64,000 nt of DNA from Heterodontus francisci (lineage: Eukaryota). The position numbers and the translations under genes were made by a program. Every line of letters begins with the position of its first letter. Position 1 is the first letter of the stretch. Shown piece by piece: positions 1 to 11,135 of this stretch. Below the pieces are notes generated by a model. That model was not told the origin of the DNA and searched no databases. It saw only the letters and a list, made by a program, of their open reading frames with translations. The DNA lies in contig NC_090382.1 of NCBI RefSeq assembly GCF_036365525.1, positions 79,623,223 through 79,687,222 of the forward strand. Direction: 5' to 3'.

Positions 1-419
1 TTGTTGAGTGTGCAACTGTAAAAGGACCACAATGTGAATAAAGCTGGAACATATTAGACCTAAAGTGTATGAAAATCAGGGCCTAATGCCTGTTTCAGAC
101 CCCTTTCAGAAATGTATCTGCGAATGGCCACAGCATATGCCATGCATACTGCAGGCAGTTTTTTCAGATATCCGGCATCCAAACCAGCAGTCCTTAAAGG
201 GACTTTTGGAGGCTGCCACTTAAAACTTAAGTATAACACTTGCATATTTGGTACTTACCTTATTGTGGAACTAAGAGGAGTAGCAGATAAAAGGCATGAA
301 AGTATGATGAAAAAGACAGTAATCAGAAACCCATTTTAACATATGGAGCTGTTAAACGGAGACTCTGTGCTTAGAATTGAGGAATAAGAGTGGAGTTTAA
401 AAAGTAATCAAAGCTGTCT

Positions 420-3400
420 ACAGTACTCCTGATAGCAGAAATGAAGTTGTAGTATACATTAATTCAGAGAAGAAAGGAGTTTGTAGCAAGAGCAGAGTTG
501 TTTTAATGGGAGGGTTTACTTTTCCTATAGATTGGGAAGGGCAGAGTAGCTCTGGTCAGAAGGGTAATGAATTTCTTGAGTGCATTCAAGATAGTTTTCT
601 AGAACCAACAAGAGTACATGCCATACTTGACTTATTAATGAGTATTGAGGCAGACTTCTTTGTTAATCTAAAAGTAAGGGAACATTTATCTAACGGTGAT
701 CATAATATGATCATATTCAACGTTAGGTTTAAAAAGGAGAAACTTACCACAGTTACTAAATTCTAGATTTTCGTAGAGTTAACTTTAATAGAATGAGACA
801 GAGATTCATAAGATGAAACTAGTCAAAACTGTTACAAGTAAAACTACAGATGAACAGTGGGAGGTGTTCAAACAATTTAGCTTTACAGGACTAGTATATA
901 CCCCTCGGGAGAAAGAGCTCTACATATCAAATAAAACTGTCATGATTGACTAAAAAGGTGAGAGATAACAGAAAACTAAAGGAAAGAGCTTATAAAAGTG
1001 CAAAGAATAGTGTAAATCCAAGGAACTGGGAGGGAGATAAAGAACAATAAAGGAAGACAAAAAAAAAGCTGCAAAAAGGGAAATGAGGTATATCAATATT
1101 AACAGAAAAAGAGTAGTCAAGAGTAATGTGGGCCATTTAAACAGATACTATTGCAATGAAAATAAGGCAAACAATTACTTTTTGTCATTTTTTTCACAGT
1201 ACAAGAGGATAATATATCTGACATTCAAGGGAAATTAATAATAAATCAAGGACTGGAATTCGCTCAAGTTAATTTAAGCAAGAAAACAATATTAGAAAAA
1301 ATAATGGGATGAAAGACTGGCATATCCCCAGGTCCCGATGGTTTCCCCCCAGAGTTTTAAAGGAAGTATGTGAGGAAATTGCAGATGCTTTAGCTATAAT
1401 TTTCCAAAGCTCTCTCAGGAATTGTCCATTTAGGTGGGAAAATTGCAAATGTAACTTTATTATTTAAAAAAGGTGGGAAAGAGAAACAGGGAAATTATAG
1501 TCCTGTTAACCAGCCCAACATCTATTGCAGGGAAGCTTTTGGAATCTATAACTAAGGACAGCTTGATTAAGCACTTAGAAGAATTTGAGCTGATTAGAGA
1601 TAGTCAATGTGGATTTGTAAAGGCTAGATCATATATAATGAACCTAAGTGCATTTTTCGATGAAGTAACTGAAATCTTAGGGGAATATTTTATGTAGTGG
1701 TGTAGTTTATATGGACTTCCAGAAGGTATGCAGTAAGACACCTAGTTAGAAGATTGCTTAGGCAGTAGAAGACAGATTAGGGATAATGGATATCTACTTG
1801 AATTGGAAGGCAGTGACTAGTGGTGTCCCAAAGGATCGGTGATGGAGCTTCAACTATTCACTATATTTATTAATTACTTAGCACAACAGAGAGCCATAAA
1901 TCCAAGTTTGTTGATGGCAAAAAGATTGGTGATATAATAAGTATTGTAAATGGGGGCATAAAATACAAAGAGACATTGATAGACTGAGTGGGCAAAACTG
2001 TAGCCGATGGATTTCAACACAAGTAAATGTGAAGTGATCCATTTTGGACCAAAAAAGGATAGATCTCAGTATTACTTACAGTCATAGAGTCGTACAGCAT
2101 AGAAACAGGCCCTTTGGCCCACCGTGTCCATGCCGACCATAATGCCTATCTATACTAATCCCACCTGCCTGCATTAATTCCATATCCCTCTATGCCTTGC
2201 TCATTCAAGTACCTGTCCAGATGCCTCTTAAATTTTGCTACTGTTCCTGCCTCACCCACCTCCTCAGGCAGCTCATTCCAGGTACCCACTATTCTTTGTG
2301 TAAAAAATTTACCCCTTTGGTCCCCTTTAAACCTCCTCCCTCTCACCTTAAATCTATGCCCTCGAGTTTTAGTCACCCCTACCATGGGAAACAGACTCTG
2401 GCTATCTACCCTATCTATGCCTCTCATAATTTTATATACCTCTATCTTGTCCCCTCTCAGCCTCCTTCGCTCCAGGGAAAATAGACCCAGCCTATCCAAT
2501 CTCTCTTTATAACTCAAGCCCTCCAAACCAGGCAACATCCTTGTGAATCTTTTCTGCACCCTCTCTAGCTTAATCGCATCTTTCCTGTAGTGCGGCGACC
2601 AGAACTACACACAGTACTCCAAATGCGGTCTAACCAACGTTATGTACAACTGCAACATGATGTCCCAACTCTTTTACTCAATGCCTCAGCTGATGAAGGC
2701 AAGCATGCCATACACCTTCTTCACCACCATGACTACCTGTGTTGCCACTTTCAGGGAACTATGTACTTGCACCCCAAGGTCTCTCTGCTCAACAACACTC
2801 CCCAGGGCCCTGCCATTCACTGCATATGTCCTGCCCTGGTTTAACTTCCCAAAATGCATCACTTTGCACTTGTCTGCGTTAAATTCCATTTGCCAATCCC
2901 TTGCCCACTTTCCCAGTTGATCTATATCCTGTTGTAACCTTAGACAACCTTCTTCACTGTCCACTATACCACCAATTTTGGTGTCATCTGCAAACTTACT
3001 AATCATGCCCCCTACATTCACATCCAAGTCATTAATATATATGACAAACAACAGAGGGCCCAGCACCGATCCCTACGGCACACCACTGGTCACCGGCCTC
3101 CAATCTGAAAAACAACCCTCCACTACCACCCTCTGCCTCCTATCACCAAGCCAATTTTGTATCCAATTTGCTAGCTCACCCTGGATTCCATGCATTTGAG
3201 CCTTCTGGACCAGCCTACCATGCGGGACCTTGTCAAAGGCCTTGCTAAAGTCCATGTAGACAACGTCCATCGCCCTGCCCTCGTCAATCCTCTTGGTCAC
3301 CTCCTCGGAAAACTCAATCAAAATTGTGAGAGATGATTTCCCACGACAAAGTCATGTTGACTATCCCTAATCAGACCATGCCTTTCCAAATGCATATAAA

Positions 3401-4990
3401 TCCTGTCTCTCAGAATCCCTTTCAATAACTTTCCCACCACTGATGTAAGGCTCACTGGCCTGTAGTTCCCTGGCTTATCCCTGCTGCCCTTCTTAAATAA
3501 AGGCACAACATTTGAGAGTTCCTGTCTGATGCCATCGAAATTAGCCTTCCCCCAATTTAGGATTTCAACCTGAGGACCAGTCCTATCCTTTTCCATAACT
3601 ATCTTGAAGCTAATAGAGTTATGGTCACTGGTCCCAAAGTGCTCCCCCACTGACACATCAACCACCTGCCCATCCTCATTTCCTAAGAGGAGATCGAGTG
3701 TAGCCCCTTCTCTAGTAGGACCATCCACATACTGCTTCAGAAAACTATCCTGGACACACTTCACAAATTCTTCACCAACTGAACCCTTAGCACTAAGGCA
3801 GTCCCAGTCAATATTTGGGAAGTTAAAATCACCTACTATTACAACTCTATAATTCCTACACCTATCTCTGATTTCCCTACATATATGTTCCTCCACTTCC
3901 CTCTGACTATTGGGGGGTCTGTAGTATAATCACATCAAAGTGATCACCCCTTTCTTATTTCTAAGTTCTACCCATATGGCCTCGCTGGACATTCCCCCCG
4001 GGATATCCTCTCCAAGTACTGCCGTGATGTTCTCCCTAATCAATAGGGCAACTCCCCTTCCTCTCTTACCTCCAGCTCTGTCACGCCGGAAGCATCGGTA
4101 CCCCGGAACATTGAGTTGCCAGTCCTGCCCATCCCTCAACCACGTTTCCGTAATAGCTATAATATCACAATCCCATGTACTGATCCATGCTCTGAGTACA
4201 TTTGCCTTACCTGTAAGGCTTCTTGCATTGAAGTAAATGCAGTTTAGCCTACCAGATCTTCCACGTCCTGCCCCTGCCCGGCCTGCCTACCAGACTTGCT
4301 TGCTTTAACCTCTACATTTAAATAGTCAAAAACTAGCAAAAGAGATTTAGGGGTCCATACAACAGATCACTAAAATCTAGTAGGTACACAAAATAAACAA
4401 AAAGGCTAATGGAATGTTAGCCTTTCTAACTAGAGGGTTTGAAATATAAAGGGGAGGAAGTTTTGCCACACTTATACAAAGCCCTGGTTAGGTAACATTG
4501 GAATAATTTGTACAGAACCTTAGAAAGTATATGTTGGCCTGGGAAGGAGTGCAGTGCAGATTCACCAGAATGTTACCATGTTTGCAACAGTTACATTATA
4601 AAGAGAGATTACATAAACTTGGCTTCTCTTCCCTTCCCTGGAATACAAAAGACTAAGGGGCAATTTGATTTAAGAAATTGATGGGGTAGACTTTTTCACT
4701 GGTGGGGGAGTCCTGGACAAAGTGACATAACCTTAAGAGCAGAGCCAGGCCATTCAGGAGAGAAATTAAGAAACACTTCTTCATACAAAGGGTAGCAGAA
4801 GTGTGGTACTCTCTTGCACAAAAAGCAGTAGATGCTAGCTCAATTAATAATATTAAATTTGAGATTGTCTAGTAAAAATCTATCAAAGGTATGAGAGGAT
4901 ATAGAGCCAAGGCAGGTGGATGGAGTTAAAATACAGATCAGCCATGGTCTCATTGAACAGTGTGGATGGGGCAGAATGGTCTACTCCTGT
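420..4990 (+). mobile_element. Old degenerate CR1-type LINE (ORF2 APE+RT remnants), interrupted at ~2080-4318 by a younger CR1
   Basis: ORF fragments 506-766 (DWEGQ..FLECIQDSFL..ILDLL..GDHNMI) and 1473-1697 (SQCGFVKARS..NL..FFDEVT); 3' part resumes at 4319 with CR1 3' end motifs; many stops and frameshifts. Confidence 0.85.
2080..4318 (-). mobile_element. Younger CR1/HER1-like LINE, 5'-truncated, with an internal deletion
   Basis: Minus ORFs 3930-4139, 3318-3896, 3073-3321, 2686-3066, 2155-2559 give APE (GDFNFP, SDHN) and RT (YMDFSKAFDKVPH, KFADD) motifs; 3' tail near 2080-2130. Confidence 0.92.
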
Positions 4991-5244
4991 ATATTTTCTG
5001 AGTGAGCTGTATCAAAGTGAGTTTCAGTCCGTCCAGTGCCTCAGCCAGCATGCATTCTTCAAACAACATCAGATTAACTGGTCATTTACTTCAGGTTGTT
5101 TGGGGACCTTGCAGGTGCAAATTGGCTGAAATATTTGCCTACAAAATAAGATGATTTCCTATAAAGCACTTTGGAAAGGTATGAATAAATAAATGCAAGT
5201 TCTTTCTCATTAGCAACATATAAATGAAACATTGTTGAATAAGA

Positions 5245-6131
5245 AGGTTGCTGGAGTTGTGGATAGTGTGGAAGGCTGTTGTAGGTTGCAGCGGGACATT
5301 GACAGGATGCAGAGCTGGGCTGAGAAGTGGCAGATGGAGTTCAACCTGGAAAAGTGTGAAGTGATTCATTTTGGAAGGTCGAATTTGAATGCAGAATACA
5401 GGCTTAAAGACAGGATTCTTGGTAATGTGGAGGAACAGAGGGATCTTGGGGTCCATGTCCATAGATTGCTCAAAGTTGCCACCCAAGTTGATAGGGTTGT
5501 TAAGAAGGCGTATGGGGTGTTGGCTTTCATTAACAGGGGGATTGAGTTTAAGAGCCGCGAGGTTATGCTGCAGCTCTATAAAGCCCTGATTAGACCACAC
5601 TTGGAATATTGTGTTCAGTTCTGGTCGCCTCATTATAGGAAGGATGTGGAAGCTTTAGAGAGGGTGCAGAGGAGATTTACCAGGATGCTGCCTGGACTGG
5701 AGGGCATGTCTTACGAAGAAAGGTTGAGGGAGCTAGGGCTTTTCTCATTGGAGCGAAGAAGGATGAGAGGTGACTTGATAGAGGTGTACAAGATGATGAG
5801 AGGCATAGATAGAGTGGATAGCCAGAGACTTTTTCCCAGGGTGGAAAGGGCTATCACCAGGGGGCATAATTTTAAGGTGATTGGAGGAAGGTTGCGGGGA
5901 GATGTCAGAGGTAGGTTCTTTACACAGAGAGTGGTGGATGCGTGGAATGCACTGCCAGCGGTGGTAGTAGAAGCAGATATATTAGGGACATTTAAGCGAC
6001 TCTTGGATAGGTACATGGATAATAGTAGTATGAAGGGTATGTAGGCAGTTCGATCCTAGAGTAGGTTAAAGGTTCGGCACAACATCGTGGGCCGAAGGGC
6101 CTGTACTGTGCTGTACTGTTCTATGTTCTAT
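5245..6131 (+). mobile_element. Young 5'-truncated CR1/HER1 LINE (ORF2 C-terminus and 3'UTR)
   Basis: Uninterrupted ORF to 6044 (LQRDIDRMQSWAEKWQMEFN...RGRFFTQRVV); tail GGGCCGAAGGGCCTGT...TTCTATGTTCTAT; possible 6-bp TSD ATAAGA. Confidence 0.93.
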
Positions 6132-6193
6132 AAGAGTGAAGTGGAAAGCCTGGCCTGTGAAACATGCCTTGTGTGGATGTACAGGGTGCCTGC

Positions 6194-8192
6194 TTAATGT
6201 TGACTACAAGATTCTGTCCAAAGTCATCACCAGTCGGGTCAAGTCTGCTCTGGAGTCAGTGATTCACGCTGACCAGACCTGTGCTGTACCCGTCAGGAAG
6301 ATCTCTGATAGTCTCACGCTACTCAGGGATACGATCGCCTATGTAGGATATCGCACACCGACATGATGGACGTGCTCTTCAAAATGGGGTTTGGGGTGGG
6401 CCTCTGCAATTGGATCAAACTGCTCTACACAACCATCAGTAGCGCAGTCTCATTCAATGGGTGGGAATCGGAAAGTTTCCTGATCCAATCTGGAGTCAGA
6501 CAGGGCTGTCCTTTCTTCCCTGTCTTGTTTGTTTGCTGTATCGAACCTTTTGCTGAGTCCATTAGGAAGGATGTGGGCATAAGAGGGGGGACAATCTCAG
6601 GCAGCGGAGGCACTCAGGTAAAACCTCCCTGTATGAGGATGACGTCGCCATCTTCTGCTCGGATCCACTGTCCGTTCGTAGACTGCTGAGCATCTGCGAC
6701 CAGTTCGAACTGGCCTCGGGTGCCAAAATCAACCACGGCAAGAGTGAGGCCTTGTTCTTTGGGAACTAGGCCGACCGATCTTTTGTCCCCTTCACCGTCA
6801 GGTCAGACTACCTGAGGCTGCTGGGGATATGGTTCGGAAGGGCTGGGGCGTGCACCAAAAGCTGGAAGGAGCGAGTAGCCAGGGTACACCATAAACTGAG
6901 CATGTGGGAGCAGCGATCTCTCTCCATTGTGGGTAAAAACCTGGTCATCAGGTGCGATGCGCTCACTTTGTTGCTGTATGTGGCGCAAGTCTGGCCCATA
7001 CCCCACTCCTGCGCCGTGGGGGGTCACCCGAAATATTTTCCACTTTATCTGGAGATCCAAAATGGACCGGGTCCGGAGGGACACGATGTTCAAACCTCTG
7101 GATAAGGACGAGAAAAATGTACCCAACGTCGCCCTCATCCTGATGACCACTTTCGTGTGTGGCTGCATCGAGCAGTAGGGAAACACCAAGTGTCACTATG
7201 TGCTGAGGTTCTATATGTCCCTGGTGTTACAAAAGACGGGTCTGGTCACATTGCCACGGAATGTTCCATCCAATTGGACCGTGCCTTCCCACCTATCCTT
7301 TGTGGGAAAGTTTCTGCAGGAAAACGCCTTTGACCACCAATCCATCAGGCAGTGGTCTGCACGGAATATCCTCAAGGCCCTACGGGAAAAGGAAATGGTG
7401 GATTGGGTCGGATAGTTCCCTGAGCAGACTGCCCAAGTCATTTGGCAGAATGTTTCATCACCAGAACTTTCAAGCAAGTACCAAGATATAGCTTGGCTGG
7501 TGGTGAGAAGGGCCTTCCCCATGAGATCCTTCCTGCACGCCCAGAGTCTCGCCCCCACCACACGCTGCCCTCGAGATGGCAGCAGTGGGGAAGAGACAGT
7601 TGCCCACCTCCTTCTGGAATGTGTCTTCACAAAGCAGGTGTGGAAAGAGATGCAGTGGTTTTTGTCGGGGTTCATTCCAAGCAGCTCTGTAACACAGGAG
7701 TCTGTGCTCTACGGGCTGTTCCCAGGGACGCACACCGAGATAAACAAAAACTGCTGCTGGAGGATCATCAATTCAGTGAAAGACGCTCTTTGGTCTGCCC
7801 GAAATTTGCTGGTCTTCCAGCGAAAAGAGTTGTCCACGACCGAGTGTTGCAGACTGGCACATTCCAAGGTCCAGGACTACGTGCTGAGGGATGCACTAAA
7901 GGTTGGGGCAGCTGCGGCAAAGGCTCAATGGGGAAAGATCACTGTGTAAGGTCCTCTTGCCATAGTGAACTGAGGGGCTGGACCCATGGGAAACCCCTTG
8001 GCTGTCTACACCAAATATGGGTTTGCTGTAAAATGTATATAACATGTAAAATGGAATGGAAGGGTTGTGAGGCAACTCACTCCTGTATTGAACAAAACTG
8101 ATTTCCTTTGCACTTTTTGGAATGTCAACTTGGTACTGTTTTGTAATTTTTTTTTTACAGATTTTTATGAATAAAGTATATTTTTAAAAAAA
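6194..8192 (+). mobile_element. Tx1/L1-clade non-LTR retrotransposon, 5'-truncated and frameshifted
   Basis: LLNVDYKILSK, DQTCAVP, GVRQGCP RT motifs; C-terminal zf-RVT-like CPRDG..EETVAHLLLEC; AATAAA 8170-8175 then A-tail; 14-bp TSD TACAGGGTGCCTGC at 6180-6193 and 8193-8206. Confidence 0.92.
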
Positions 8193-8206
8193 TACAGGGT
8201 GCCTGC

Positions 8207-8740
8207 AGAAGCGATAGTAGAGACATCCTAGACTGAGGGGGCAGCCGTTCAATTCCAGCACAGAACCCGAGGCCCTTGGCGGGTCCCAGCTCCGGCATCG
8301 ATGCTTGCTCGCGGGGTCTGCTGGGAATCGCGGGGCCTGTCGGGAAGATGGAGGATTGCAGCCTGGAGGAGTTCCTGAAGCGCAACCGGGAGGAGGCGGA
8401 CTGTGGACTGGAGCGGTTGCGGGGCTTGTCGGAGAGCGACAAGCACTGGACGGCGCGCAGGGACTTCCTGGCCCGGAACCTGTCCGATTACTCGCGGGAT
8501 CGCATGGATTACCTGGTCGCACTCTCCATGGTCTGGGCCAACCACGTTTTCATGGGCTGCCGGTGAGCGGGAGGCCGGGGCTTCGCTCCGTCTGTGTGGG
8601 CCAGACTCTTAAACTTAGCTGGCTGCCCGGGAATCACTCTGCCTCGCTGGGCAAGGGGTCCACTTGGATCTTTGCCCAGACCGTCAAGGGGCCTTATTGA
8701 GATTAGCTGCACAACAAGGCCCGGCGCTGGCCTCTGAGAC
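8207..8740. promoter_or_regulatory. CpG-rich island over CDKN2AIPNL exon 1
   Basis: Visibly high GC and CpG density relative to AT-rich flanks. Confidence 0.6.
8348..8562 (+). CDS. CDKN2AIPNL: CDKN2A-interacting protein N-terminal-like (XRN2-binding XTBD domain), coding exon 1
   Basis: ATG in good Kozak context (AAGATGG); MEDCSLEEFL...SESDKHWTARRDFLARN..LVALSMVWANHVFMGC matches the XTBD pattern; donor CG|GTGAGC at 8563. Confidence 0.92.
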
Positions 8741-9024
8741 CGGCTTCTTCCTCAGCAGTAACTCGGGGTTTTTCATTGGAGGGCCCAAAGAATTAGGTCC
8801 ACAATCTACTGTCCCACTCCCATTCACAGTGTCACTGATGGACAAGGGGAACACATCATGAAGGGTAAAGTTCCCCGTGTTTGCATTAAGGTACATCTTA
8901 CCCGAGGCATGAAACAAGGCAGCAACAGATTACTCAAATTCTGCAAACTGTCTATTTCTAAAAAGTGTTTGTAAAATTATTATTGTGTGTTGGGGAATTC
9001 GGTAGAATATATGATCAGAATATA

Positions 9025-9151
9025 TTCTGATGAAAGGTCGTCAACCTGAAGTGTTAACTCTGTTTCTCTCCACAGATGCTGCCTGACCTGAGTATTTCCA
9101 GCATTTTCTGTTTTTGTTTCAGATTTCCAGCATCTGCAGTATTTTGCTTTT
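9025..9151 (+). mobile_element. Short Penelope-like non-autonomous element with degenerate hammerhead motif (CDKN2AIPNL intron 1)
   Basis: CTGATGA-AAGGTCGTCAACCT-GAAG..TTAACTC then CCACAGATGCTGCC..CTGAGTATTTCCAGCA shared with other copies in the window. Confidence 0.7.
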
Positions 9152-9251
9152 ATGCAAATAGAATGTAGTTCCCTTTTTAAAAAATAATTTGATTCACAGG
9201 TACGATTGGCAGAATGACCTTCTATAGTGTAACTTGGATTTATTATTTTAG

Positions 9252-9351
9252 TTACAGTGAGCAGCTTATGGAGAAGGTATTGGAAATGGCCGAAGGAGTT
9301 GATGTTGAAGACGCACCACATTTCACTACAAGAGATGAGATAATGAAGCAG
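9252..9351 (+). CDS. CDKN2AIPNL: CDKN2AIPNL coding exon 2 (100 nt)
   Basis: TTTTAG acceptor, phase-compatible with exon 1; (R)YSEQLMEKVLEMAEGVDVEDAPHFTTRDEIMKQ; donor CAG|GTACTG. Confidence 0.92.
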
Positions 9352-9364
9352 GTACTGTACAATA

Positions 9365-9760
9365 AGGACGTAGAAAGATTTACAGCACAGAAGGAGGCCA
9401 TTCAGCCCATCATGCTCATGCCAGCTGAAAAAGAGCTCTCCAGTCTAATCCCACATTCTAACTCCTGGTCCGTAACTCTGTAGGTTATGGCACCTCAGGT
9501 GCATATCCAAGTATGTTTCAAATACAATGATGATTTCTGCCTCTCCCTTACAGGCAGTGAGTTCCAGATCCCCATCACTCTCTGGGTGAAAAAAAATTCC
9601 TCTGAACGCCCCTCTGATTCTTCTGCCAATTACTTTGAAAGTAATACTGTTTATTGACCTCTTTGCTAATAGAAATAGGTCCTTCCTATCTGCTCTATCT
9701 AGGCCCCTCATAATTTTATACTTCTCAATTAAATATCCTCTCTGCCTCCTCTGTTACAAA
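9365..9760 (-). mobile_element. CR1 LINE 3' fragment
   Basis: Minus ORF 9445-9711 MRGLDRADRKDLF..FKVIGRRIRG. Confidence 0.75.
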
Positions 9761-10290
9761 ATAACAGATTTCCATTTTCCTGTTCTGTTTTCCCTCCCAC
9801 AAATGCACTGCAAACCATTTGTCTAAAAAAAAATTCAAAATTGGGAAGAAAAAAGTGGATAACTTTCTTAAGATAAACTCTCCTATTTTTTTCCTCCTTG
9901 GGCTACACCTACTGACAGTGATCAGCCTCTGCAGATGCTGTTGTGAACTGGTTGTTTTCCCACAGTGCCATGCCTAGGGTACCTTATGGGATAGCTGATT
10001 CTGCAATCTGCCACTCTGGTGCTGCTTGGAAAATCTTACTTCTGCACCTATATTCCTGCCTCTGCTGAGAATTGCTTTGTGCCCTGGAGCTGGGTTATAG
10101 GTGTGCCATTTTTTCACTTTAGCATTATTAGCTGTTTTACAAGTAAACAATTTTAACCTCCATTTTTAAAAAAATGGTAAATACTGAGCTTTTCTTCGAT
10201 TTACAGGAATTACTGGATTAGGTATAAGGAAGCCTCTCTACCTCTCTTTAAGATGTTCCTTGAAACCTAAAGCTTTTGGTATCAAATTTT

Positions 10291-10392
10291 GTTCAGAAGA
10301 AAGATCACAGACCTGAAATGTTAACTCTGTTTTTCTCTCCACGGGTAATGACTGACCTGTTGACTTTTTCCAGCATTTTCTGGTTTTGTTTG
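10291..10392 (+). mobile_element. Short Penelope-like element copy (degenerate hammerhead) inside a SINE remnant, intron 2
   Basis: GTTCAGAAGAAAGATCACAGACCTGAAATGTTAACTC..TTTCCAGCATTTTC. Confidence 0.6.
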
Positions 10393-11126
10393 TTAAAACT
10401 CCTGTGAAGCGCCTTGGGATGTTTTACTACTTTAGAGGCGAAATATAAATACAAATTCTTCTTGTTTTAAAAACTCATCTCGTTTTCTCCATGGTCTTGA
10501 TGTTTGAATTCAGCTACAGCTGTGGAGAATTGTTTGGCATGTGCTTGTTACTTTCCGCATCATACAGGATTGAGAGCGAGAGCTCAGTGTGACAAGGGGA
10601 GGTAGAGAGGGAATTAGGGAGCTTGCAGATCATGTGCTGCCCCTAAATTTTACAGCAAGCTTTTTTTTGTTTTGAAAAGCTTTGTGAATGTGTGCTATTG
10701 AGAATTCTAGAGCTTTCCCTCTGATATTCAACTGTTTTTATTTAAATTAGGCATTTCAAGTAATGGGAGTCTTGTGATGAGATGGATAAGATGGGAAGTT
10801 CTACAGGCTGTGGGAATGATAAAAACGGTGTGAAATTCATTGCAGTTATTGAGTTGGGACAGCAAAGCTCTGAGGGACTGGAATAGTCATGAGATGTTAA
10901 TCAGGTTTTTTAATATTGAGTGGATCTTTGTATAGTGAATAAGGAACAAATATACTGGGACATGTTATATTATCTCCTTTTGAGAAATCAAGTGGTGAAT
11001 GATAATACAAGATGACAACATTACCATGATGTCATTTTACACCCCCTTGAGTAGAATTGTTGGAGGAAAAATAGTAAATTGATTTTTATATCAGTAAATC
11101 TAAAATGTTGTTCTTTTCTCTTTCAG

Positions 11127-11135
11127 AGACAGTAA
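11127..11135 (+). CDS. CDKN2AIPNL: CDKN2AIPNL terminal coding exon (RQ-stop); 3'UTR follows, AATAAA at 11955 and 12464
   Basis: Strong polypyrimidine acceptor GTTCTTTTCTCTTTCAG|AGA CAG TAA, in frame; human ortholog also ends a few residues into its last exon (recalled). Confidence 0.7.
   Translation, partial: RQ

Noticed and set aside
5232-6044. Domesticated or active RT gene
   Set aside because: Lacks the catalytic RT core and a true ATG start; ordinary 5'-truncated CR1
8276-8347. N-terminal extension of CDKN2AIPNL suggested by ORF 8276-8566
   Set aside because: Starts at TTG; the first ATG in good context is 8348 and family similarity starts there
9076-9199. Cassette exon using donor CAG|GTACGA at 9200
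   Set aside because: The remaining intron to 9251 would be only 52 nt, implausibly short for a vertebrate
10751-10777. Alternative last exon for CDKN2AIPNL (AG|GCATTTCAA...TGA)
   Set aside because: Weaker polypyrimidine tract than 11127; not excluded, but unsupported
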